Of a stretch of 13,431 nt of DNA, positions 6,562 to 13,431 are shown piece after piece; positions within the stretch are counted from its first letter, which is position 1, and each line of letters begins with the position of its first letter. Source of the DNA: Candidatus Hydrogenedentota bacterium (GTDB lineage: Bacteria > Hydrogenedentota > Hydrogenedentia > Hydrogenedentales > SLHB01); assembly GCA_029974275.1 (NCBI GenBank), contig JARKSN010000131.1, positions 1 to 13,431 of the forward strand. The letters are read 5' to 3'. The notes beneath the pieces are model-generated. The model was given only the letters and a program-made list of their open reading frames with translations, did not search any database and had not been told where the DNA came from. Both the position numbers and the translations under genes were made by a program.

Positions 6562-7293
6562 CTAAAATGCGTCGGAAGGATGACGGACGGTTCCCCAGGT
6601 CAACAGAATGGCGGGCTGGGCGTGGCGGCGAATGATGAGCTCGTCGTCTTCTTCGAGGGTGACGTATTCGCCCGCGTTGTCGTAGGCAAGGACGGCGGGC
6701 CCCCGAGTGATGCGAACCGCAACGGTGGCGCTGTCGTCGACGACGAGATGATCGGTTTGGTCTGGGGTGCTTTTGAATGCGATGCCCAGACCCGTGTGAA
6801 AAATGCCCCGCGTGATCTTATTGAAATACGCCGTGCTTCCGAAGGGAGTGCACACGACGAAACCGTCGCCCACGATCTCATGGCCGCCCAGATAGGGCTC
6901 GTTGTCGAATGTCAGCAGGAAACGGACCGCGGAATTGATTCGGCCCATATGGACGTTGAACTCGTTCATGGCCACCGCGAAAGGCCGGTATTCCCCGCCG
7001 GCGCGTCGAAGCAATCCTTCTAGCTTGATGAAGGCGGTGCGAGAGAGATGACGCTGCACGAGACGGTCTATCACCTGGTCGGCGGGATGAGGTATGCATC
7101 GGTTTCCCAGCCGGCTGTTGCGGATAGGGACTTTGGGGACGCCGGGCCATTTCGCCTCGGCGGAAAGCAAGGTTCCGTCGCCGCCGTAGCATACGACGAT
7201 TTCCGGATCGTCCGTCACGAGCGTAAGCTCTGGCGTGCGTTCGATGAGCGGAGCCAATTCCGCCGCTTCGGCCCCGAAGAGGATGGTTCGCAT
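6562..7293 (-). CDS. nadK: NAD(+) kinase family protein, short and divergent (243 aa)
   Basis: GGDGT (7171-7185), NE motif (AMNEF) and GDGFVVCTPFGSTAY. Start moved to ATG 7293, which follows a G-run SD and avoids overlap with the PilZ gene. Confidence 0.85.
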   Translation of the reverse strand: MRTILFGAEAAELAPLIERTPELTLVTDDPEIVVCYGGDGTLLSAEAKWPGVPKVPIRNSRLGNRCIPHPADQVIDRLVQRHLSRTAFIKLEGLLRRAGGEYRPFAVAMNEFNVHMGRINSAVRFLLTFDNEPYLGGHEIVGDGFVVCTPFGSTAYFNKITRGIFHTGLGIAFKSTPDQTDHLVVDDSATVAVRITRGPAVLAYDNAGEYVTLEEDDELIIRRHAQPAILLTWGTVRHPSDAF

Positions 7294-7330
7294 GGATGTG
7301 GCCCCCCCCGAGACGCTGGCCGCGCCGGGG

Positions 7331-7690
7331 CTAGTCGCCGGTCGCGTCGGCGAGGTCGGATTCGACGAATTCATGGATCGCCTGCCGACACTCGTCGGAG
7401 ATGCGCGTGTACAGGATGGCCACTTTGAAGTGATCGTCGCCCTTTTCGTGGGGTTCGCAGCGCACCACGACGCCTTCGCATTCGATGCGTTGGTTAAGAG
7501 GCTTGGGCAGTTCGATGGCGATGCTCATGCGGGTCATCAGCGGAATGGGCCGGACCGTATGGCACAACACGCCGTTGGCGCTGATGTTATCGATATGGTT
7601 CAGCACGCCGGGACCGCCGCCGTCCATCACGGCATGCACGGCGCGTTTGCTTCGCGGATAGCGGCGTCGATCGCTTCCGTCATGACGCAT
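7331..7690 (-). CDS. Stand-alone PilZ domain protein (119 aa)
   Basis: DRRRYPR supplies RxxxR (7652-7666) and NISANG supplies (D/N)xSxxG (7571-7588). C-terminal EGVVVR...VAILY. SD GAGGAG at 7700-7705, 9 nt from ATG 7690. Confidence 0.92.
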   Translation of the reverse strand: MRHDGSDRRRYPRSKRAVHAVMDGGGPGVLNHIDNISANGVLCHTVRPIPLMTRMSIAIELPKPLNQRIECEGVVVRCEPHEKGDDHFKVAILYTRISDECRQAIHEFVESDLADATGD

Positions 7691-7734
7691 GTGCGCAAAC
7701 TCCTCGTGTCGAAACGTTTCCCTCTCTTCGCCGT

Positions 7735-7763
7735 ATGGTAGCGAACGCGGCCCATGAATGCAA
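7735..7763 (-). promoter_or_regulatory. Putative sigma70 promoter for PilZ-nadK
   Basis: Minus strand TTGCAT (7763-7758), 17 nt, TACCAT (7740-7735), inside the 174-nt gap after the radical SAM gene. Confidence 0.65.
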
Positions 7764-7864
7764 CGCCCCGAAGGCCAACCCAGCGAAAGGGGTGGATGCA
7801 TGGGGGCGTAAACCCGGAAAACGGCGTCTTCGTGTGCCCAAAAGGATTTTTGAAAGACGTTTCG

Positions 7865-9037
7865 CTATGGCGCTGGCGGGCGCCGTCGCGAAACGACGAG
7901 GTCGCTTACGGCTTGCCGGAACGCCGTGAGCGCCAGGCGCGGGTAGAGGCGCGGATTGAGCAAGATGCTGGGCGCGGCGAGACATTCCGAGGTGCAATGG
8001 CATTTGCCGTCTCGAATAAATTGCGCGACGCGACGGGCGTGCATGCTGTCGAGCGCGGCGGGCACGGAGTAATCAAAATCGGCAAGATCGGCCATGACGG
8101 CGGAATCGAGTTCGTTCGAAGGATGGTCGCGCAAGATGGAAACGAGGACTTCGCACGGCAGGATGCGCCCTTGATCGTCCACATAAATGTGCTTGGAACC
8201 GCCCACGCAGGGGATCACCTGTCTTTGTTGCTTGGCGCTCTCCGCAACGACGCGGGATATCTCTTTCTCGAGAACGCGCCCCAGGTTGCGCAAAGGATGT
8301 TTTTCCTCGCTGCGCGCTTCAAGATGGGCGCGCAAGTCGGCGACAGCCGCCTCGTATTCCTCGATGGGAACCTCGAGCGCGATGGCTTCCGGCGTATCGC
8401 CGCGCGCCAGCATCAACGTGAGATGGTCCGGGCATAGTTCGTCGAGAATGCGCTTGATGCCCGGGCGGATGCCTGCGCGATTGTAGTGCGACAGGACGGC
8501 GCAAATGTTGACCGTAAGGCCCGGGGCGCGAGTTTGGATTTCTTTGAGCCGCGTAATGGTCTCGCGGCATTTCTCGTACAGGCCGTCGATGCCGCGGATG
8601 GCGTCGTGGGTTTCGGCGGGGGCGTCGACCGAAAGATTGAGGCGCAGCATCGTCTTGGGGTATGCGGCGCAAAACGCCCTCACGGCGGAGAGGATTCGGT
8701 CCGGGTGACTGCCGTTGGTCGGAACGGTGAACAGAAGCGGGGCGCAGTTGCGGCCAATGAGCAACATGGTCTCCCCCATGTCCGGACGGAGGAAGGGTTC
8801 GCCGCCGCTCAACTGAACCATGAACAAACGACCCATGCTGCTCGTGAAGCGGTCGATCTGCTCCAGGGTCAATTCCGTGCGTCCCTGGCTGTCCGGCCCG
8901 CGCACTTCGCGCCATTGCAAGCACATCTTGCAGCGGGCGTTGCATTTCATGGTGTTGATGAACACGAGCGACGACGGTCTCGCGGGCGCCAGCCCGCATC
9001 GCGCCACGCGCCACGCCGCATTCAGACGTCCCAACAT
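7865..9037 (-). CDS. Radical SAM protein with SPASM/Twitch-like C-terminal domain (390 aa)
   Basis: CNARCKMC (8921-8944), SGGEPFLR, PTNG and SVD motifs. C-terminal Cx12Gx4C (8153-8209) and CHCTSEC (7982-8002). Start ATG 9037 has AGGAG 7 nt upstream and begins 28 nt after the ispE stop. Confidence 0.92.
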   Translation of the reverse strand: MLGRLNAAWRVARCGLAPARPSSLVFINTMKCNARCKMCLQWREVRGPDSQGRTELTLEQIDRFTSSMGRLFMVQLSGGEPFLRPDMGETMLLIGRNCAPLLFTVPTNGSHPDRILSAVRAFCAAYPKTMLRLNLSVDAPAETHDAIRGIDGLYEKCRETITRLKEIQTRAPGLTVNICAVLSHYNRAGIRPGIKRILDELCPDHLTLMLARGDTPEAIALEVPIEEYEAAVADLRAHLEARSEEKHPLRNLGRVLEKEISRVVAESAKQQRQVIPCVGGSKHIYVDDQGRILPCEVLVSILRDHPSNELDSAVMADLADFDYSVPAALDSMHARRVAQFIRDGKCHCTSECLAAPSILLNPRLYPRLALTAFRQAVSDLVVSRRRPPAP

Positions 9038-9065
9038 TGCGTGTCTCCTGTTCCCGGGAAGCATA

Positions 9066-9956
9066 TCATGGATTCGCCGCACTCTCCTGTTTCTGGATGG
9101 AGAATGGCATGGACCGCACGGCGCGAGCGGGCCAGAGAACTTCGGCGGCGGCGACGGCGCGAGCATGGGATTCGTCCGCGCAAACGCCGAAAAGCGTTGG
9201 GCCGCTGCCGCTCATCGCCGCTGCGAGGCAGCCGGCATCGAGCAGGCGTTGTTTCGCCTCGGCGAGTTCAGGGTGCAACGCGAAAGCGGCCGTCTCCATG
9301 CGATTGTATACGGACGGCGCGACGTCTCCGCGCTCGATGGCGCGGATGACCCGGCGAAACGCCGCCGTCCGGCCTGCAAAGGGACGCGCGTCGCTGCGCA
9401 CAAGATGCGGACTCTGGTATACGGAGGCCGTGCTGAGGCGCAAAGGCGGGTGGAGCGTCACGAACCATGTCTCGGGCAATATCGGCAACGGGGCAAGTTG
9501 TTCGCCGCGCAACGTGCCGGCCATCGTGCCGCCGACAAGGCAATAGGGGACGTCCGATCCGAGTTCCAGCGCAAGCCGGGCCAGTTGCGAAGGGGCAAGG
9601 CCAATCCCCCACAAAGCGTTCAACGCGATCAACGTCGTCGCGGCATTGCCCGAGCCGCCAGCAAGCCCCGCCGCTATGGGGATGCGCTTTTCGAGGCGGA
9701 TGCGCACGCCCTGCGCGACGCCTGTCCGCGCGCGCAGCAATGCCGCCGCGCGATACGCCAGGTTGCCCGGCCCCGTTTCCAACCCCATGGCGTCGCATTC
9801 GAGCGTAATGCCGTCGCCCGGCTCGAACGTCAGCCGATCGCACAGATCGATCGTCTGAAACACGGTCTCGATGTTGTGATACCCGTCCCGCCGCCGTTTC
9901 AGCACGTCGAGATAGAGATTGATCTTCGCGTAGGAACAGTAGGTATGCGGTCTCAC
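9066..9956 (-). CDS. ispE: 4-diphosphocytidyl-2-C-methyl-D-erythritol kinase (MEP pathway)
   Basis: AKINLYLDV...DGYHNIETVFQ, GHMP motif KRIPIAAGLAGGSGNAA, LGSDVP and MSGSGPT. GTG start with AAGGAG 6 nt upstream. Confidence 0.97.
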   Translation of the reverse strand: MRPHTYCSYAKINLYLDVLKRRRDGYHNIETVFQTIDLCDRLTFEPGDGITLECDAMGLETGPGNLAYRAAALLRARTGVAQGVRIRLEKRIPIAAGLAGGSGNAATTLIALNALWGIGLAPSQLARLALELGSDVPYCLVGGTMAGTLRGEQLAPLPILPETWFVTLHPPLRLSTASVYQSPHLVRSDARPFAGRTAAFRRVIRAIERGDVAPSVYNRMETAAFALHPELAEAKQRLLDAGCLAAAMSGSGPTLFGVCADESHARAVAAAEVLWPARAVRSMPFSIQKQESAANP

Positions 9957-9984
9957 CCGAGACTCCTTGCATGGCGCGCGCCGG

Positions 9985-10017
9985 TTGAACAGGATGTTTT
10001 TCAGACTTACAATAGCA
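9985..10017. promoter_or_regulatory. Overlapping divergent promoters for the UroD-like gene (+) and ispE (-)
   Basis: Plus strand: TTGAAC (9985-9990), 17 nt, TACAAT (10008-10013). Minus strand: extended -10 TGcTATTGT (10017-10009) on the same base pairs. Confidence 0.6.
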
Positions 10018-10070
10018 CGCTGACCCTTCGCCGGGCCACGCCCTCATTCCCAAATAACAGGAGCGATTGC

Positions 10071-11159
10071 ATGACCTCGAAACAGCGATTCATCGCGGCG
10101 CTGGAACGGCGCACGCCGGACCGTTTGCCGGCCACGACGCACACATTGATGTCGTATTTTTTGAAACATTACATGAACGGCATGGCGGAGCAAGACTTTT
10201 TCGACCATTTCGGCCTCGATCCCATCATCTATCTTTGCTCCTATGCGCCGGAAACGGGAAAGGATTGGGAAATCGTTTCCGAGGCGACTCCCGATCCGGA
10301 CTATCCGACTGTCCGGCACGTCATCCGAACGCCCAAGGGAACGCTGACGGCGAAGACCCAGTCGAACGAAATCACGACTTGGCTTATCGAGCCGCTCGTC
10401 AAGGAAAAGCGCGACATCGATTGCGTGGCGTTCGCCCCGGCGCCGCGCCTCGACGTCGCGACGGTGAATCGCGCGGCGGAGGCATACGGCGAGCGAGGAT
10501 TGGTGCGCGGCGGCGTGCCGGGTTTCGACATATTCGGGCAGCCGGGCTGTTGGCAGGACGCGGCATGTCTGTATGGCATCCAAAATCTCATCCTGACGGC
10601 CATGGAGGACCCGGCGTGGGTGCATGAGCTGTTGACTCTTTTGTTGCGGCGCAAATTGACGTCGCTCGCGTCGTACCGGGGCGCCCAGTACGACCTTGTC
10701 GAGCTGGGAGGGGGCGACGCGTCGTCGTCGGTGATTTCGCCGGAGATATTCGACGCGTTCGTGGCGCCGTATGACAGCCAGATCATCGCGCTTGCCCATG
10801 AACTCGGCCTGCGCGTGGTCTATCATACCTGCGGCGGCATGATGCCTTTCCTCGAGCGCATTGCGGACATGGGGCCGGACGCGATGGAAACATTCACGCC
10901 GCCAGGCATGGGAGGCGACGTCGATCTGGCCGAGGCCAAGCGCCGTATCGGCGACCGGGTCTGCTTCATTGGGGGCTTCGATCAACACCATTTCCTGCGC
11001 GATTGCGCGCCGCAGGATACGCGCGCGGAGGTGCGGCGATGCTTCGAGGCGGCGGGCAAGAACGGCGGCTTCATTCTATCCATGAGCGACCATTTTTTTG
11101 ATGCGGATCCGGAACTGATCCGCGCCTACGCCGATGAAGCGCGGGCTTGCGTCTACTGA
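10071..11159 (+). CDS. Uroporphyrinogen decarboxylase/MtaA-CmuA methyltransferase superfamily protein (362 aa), probably not HemE
   Basis: Starts MTSKQRFIAALERRTPDRLP with AGGAG at 10059-10063. ISPEIFDAFVAPY, YHTCGG (HTCG at 10824-10835), DLAEAKRRIGDRVCFIGGFD and GGFILS are present. The HemE PVWxMRQAGR signature is absent. The 417 upstream codons of the 8820 ORF are antisense to ispE and the radical SAM gene. Confidence 0.9.
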   Translation: MTSKQRFIAALERRTPDRLPATTHTLMSYFLKHYMNGMAEQDFFDHFGLDPIIYLCSYAPETGKDWEIVSEATPDPDYPTVRHVIRTPKGTLTAKTQSNEITTWLIEPLVKEKRDIDCVAFAPAPRLDVATVNRAAEAYGERGLVRGGVPGFDIFGQPGCWQDAACLYGIQNLILTAMEDPAWVHELLTLLLRRKLTSLASYRGAQYDLVELGGGDASSSVISPEIFDAFVAPYDSQIIALAHELGLRVVYHTCGGMMPFLERIADMGPDAMETFTPPGMGGDVDLAEAKRRIGDRVCFIGGFDQHHFLRDCAPQDTRAEVRRCFEAAGKNGGFILSMSDHFFDADPELIRAYADEARACVY

Positions 11160-11460
11160 GCGGGATTGTCCGAAATCGCCGGGATGGAAAGCCGCTGATG
11201 CATGCGAAAGAACGCCCGGTCTTCCGGCGTTTGGGCCGATTCCTCGCGGCACGATCGAAGCACACGCATGACGATTCCTTCGTGTCGCCCCAAGCATGGA
11301 TACCCATCGCCTGTGCGCACATGAGCGGCGCGCTGTTTTCTTGGATCACGGGTCGTTTTGCCGTTGGGAACCTATTTCATTTTTCGCGGATCGACAAACA
11401 GGATTTTGTCTGCCCGTGTCGGGTAAACTATGCCGTTTGAAATCGTAGCGTGGCCCTAAT

Positions 11461-13431
11461 ATGTTGCACAATCGGCAAGAAGAAGCTCCTGAAAATCCCT
11501 CTTCGGAACGGCGTTCGCGCCGTCGCACGCGCGGCTGCGGGTGCCTTTTCATGTTGTTGATGTCGGTCCTGGCGGCGGCATGGGGAAGCGCGATCGGGTT
11601 CTTCCTGTATGCGCTGGACGATACGCGCGCCAAGCTGACCATCATCGAGCAGTACCGCCCCACCATCGTCAGCAAGGTCTACTCGTCCGACGGCGAGAAA
11701 CTGGGCGAGTTCACGCGCGCCGAGGTGCGCGACTTCGTGAGCCTGAACGAGATGCCGTTGCACCTGCAAAAAGCCTTTATCGCCACGGAAGACAAGCTGT
11801 TCTACGAGCACAAAGGCATCCGCGTGCTGTCGTTCCTGAGCGCGGCGATCGATTCGTTGCAGTCGGGGCGCGCGCGCGGGGCCAGCACCATCACGATGCA
11901 ACTGGTGCGCAACATTCCGGGATTGCCCGTTGGGAAGGAGCGAACGCTTCTGCGCAAGGTGCGGGAGATTTTGTTTTCTCTGGAAATGGAGCGCGCCTAC
12001 ACAAAGGACGAAATTCTCGAACTCTACCTGAATCTCATTTTCCTGGGGCGTAGCGCCAACGGCGTCGAGGCGGCCTCGCAACAGTACTTCGGCAAGAGTT
12101 GCCGCGATTTGACGATCGCGGAGAGCGCCTTGCTGGCGGGTTTGACGCGCGCCCCCAATAACAGCGATCCCGTGAGCACCGCCAAGGACGCCCTGGAGCG
12201 CCGGGAGAGCGCGGTGCAACGCCGCGATCTGGTGCTGGGCCAGATGCTCGAGAATGGATTTATCAGCCAGGAACAGTGCGACGCGGCCATTGCGGAACCG
12301 GCGGAAAAATCGTTGATGACGCCGGAACGCCGCGCGGCGCTCCAAGCGGAGGGGAAAAAAACCTGGGCCCCGAACAAGTTCGAGGCTCCGTATTTCGTGA
12401 AGGAGTTGCAGAAAATCATCATGGCGCGCCCGCTGGCGACCGAGGACGAGTTGTTCGAGGGCGGGCTGCAGATATACACGACGCTCGACATGCGCCTGCA
12501 GCGCGCCGCCGAGGACGCGTTGCTTACGGCGTTGGACGAGTTCGACGCAAAGAAACTCGATCAGCTCAAGCGCGAGGGGAAGGAATCCGAGTTCCGGCCT
12601 GTCAACGGCGCGCTGGTGTGTCTTGACAACCGGGCCGGTTGCGAGGGCGCGGTGCGCGCGATGGTTGGCGGGCGTGATTTCGCGAAGGAACAGTTCAACA
12701 CCGCCACGCAGGCCCGCCGCCAGCCGGGTTCGAGCGTGAAACCGTTTGTCTGGGCCGCCGCGATGGACAACGGCGCGACGCCCGCGGACATCGTCGTGGA
12801 CGAGCCGGTCACGTACTACGATGGCCTTGGCCGCGCATGGAGGCCCCAAAATTTCAGCGGCAAGTTCGGCGGGCCGATGACCTTGCGCTATGCGCTGGAA
12901 CATTCGATCAACATCGTCTCGATCAAGCTGACGGCGCGGTTGGGAATGCCGATAGTGCGATCGTACATGCAACGCGCCGGCATTGAGTCGCCCATCGACG
13001 ACATGGTGGGGCTCACCATCGCTCTCGGGACGCCGGACATCACCATCATGGAGCAATGCGTCGCGTACTCGACGTTCGCGCATGGCGGGGTGCTCTGCAA
13101 ACCCTATTATGTTGCGGAGATACGGGATCGCGACGACTTCGTGCGGTATCGCGGCGATCCTGAAAAGAAGCCCGATGCGCTTCCGGCGGATGTCGCGTAC
13201 CTCATGACCTATGTGATGGAAGGCGTGTGCCAAACGCCCGGCGCGACGGCCTATGGCGCGACGAAGGACCTCAAGCGGCCGCGCGCGGGCAAGACGGGCA
13301 CCACCAACGACAGTCGGGATGCGTGGTTTTGTGGATTCACGGCGGACTACACGTGCGTGGTGTGGATAGGATACAGGGACCAGAATCGCCCTCTCGGCAG
13401 CGGCGCCAATTATACCGGCGGCAGGCTCGCC
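11461..13431 (+). CDS. mrcA: Class A penicillin-binding protein (PBP1A family transglycosylase-transpeptidase), truncated by the window end
   Basis: Translated by hand because it has no stop in the window and is missing from the track. Open for 657 codons after TAG 11446-11448. Basic N-terminus plus TM helix. GT motifs EDKLFYEHKG (from 11788), GASTITMQL, RKVRE, KDEILELYLN. TP motifs SSVK (12730-12741), SIN (12904-12912), KTG (13291-13299). The start codon is uncertain (11461 or 11551), and the gene symbol is a family-level assignment. Confidence 0.93.
   Translation, partial: MLHNRQEEAPENPSSERRSRRRTRGCGCLFMLLMSVLAAAWGSAIGFFLYALDDTRAKLTIIEQYRPTIVSKVYSSDGEKLGEFTRAEVRDFVSLNEMPLHLQKAFIATEDKLFYEHKGIRVLSFLSAAIDSLQSGRARGASTITMQLVRNIPGLPVGKERTLLRKVREILFSLEMERAYTKDEILELYLNLIFLGRSANGVEAASQQYFGKSCRDLTIAESALLAGLTRAPNNSDPVSTAKDALERRESAVQRRDLVLGQMLENGFISQEQCDAAIAEPAEKSLMTPERRAALQAEGKKTWAPNKFEAPYFVKELQKIIMARPLATEDELFEGGLQIYTTLDMRLQRAAEDALLTALDEFDAKKLDQLKREGKESEFRPVNGALVCLDNRAGCEGAVRAMVGGRDFAKEQFNTATQARRQPGSSVKPFVWAAAMDNGATPADIVVDEPVTYYDGLGRAWRPQNFSGKFGGPMTLRYALEHSINIVSIKLTARLGMPIVRSYMQRAGIESPIDDMVGLTIALGTPDITIMEQCVAYSTFAHGGVLCKPYYVAEIRDRDDFVRYRGDPEKKPDALPADVAYLMTYVMEGVCQTPGATAYGATKDLKRPRAGKTGTTNDSRDAWFCGFTADYTCVVWIGYRDQNRPLGSGANYTGGRLA

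Noticed and set aside
7865..9037. RiPP maturase or hopanoid HpnH assignment
   Set aside because: No precursor peptide, RRE domain, transporter or hpn/shc genes nearby, and I cannot support either from the motifs.
8820..10070. 417-codon upstream extension making a 779-aa fusion with the UroD-like protein
   Set aside because: It is antisense to ispE and the radical SAM gene. The promoter, SD and family-typical N-terminus all point to 10071.
11160..11460. Small ORFs or an ncRNA in the 300-nt gap before the PBP gene
   Set aside because: The 73-109 aa ORFs overlap neighbouring genes and lack SDs or motifs. Only short hairpins are visible and no known RNA family is recognisable.
11428..13233. 601-aa minus-strand ORF
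   Set aside because: Antisense shadow of the PBP1A gene, which has GT and TP catalytic motifs on the plus strand.

Overview
GC-rich bacterial chromosomal window with no mobile element, CRISPR array, rRNA or tRNA that I can support. The protein style suggests Candidatus Hydrogenedentota, but that is an unverified impression. There are nine credible genes. Left part: a secreted Calx-beta protein (360-2006, -) diverges from an MshEN/GSPII-N + HDOD fusion (2376-3758, +), followed by a secreted beta-helix protein with Asp-rich repeats (3993-6368, +). Middle, all on the minus strand: ispE, a radical SAM/SPASM-like gene, a stand-alone PilZ protein and a divergent NAD kinase. Right part: a UroD/MtaA-family gene (10071-11159, +) and a class A PBP (from about 11461, +) that runs off the window and is absent from the ORF track. 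Several sigma70-like promoters with 17-bp spacers, one clear intrinsic terminator and a tandem pair of GTAG-type REP hairpins are visible. The most notable observation is that the two otherwise dissimilar secreted proteins share (i) an ungapped C-terminal 'Asp-rich cap-G(Q/E)LPL-hydrophobic helix-basic tail' that looks like an exosortase-type sorting signal and (ii) a three-motif domain I do not recognise. They flank a predicted c-di-GMP receptor, and a second predicted receptor (PilZ) forms its own putative operon with the NAD kinase.
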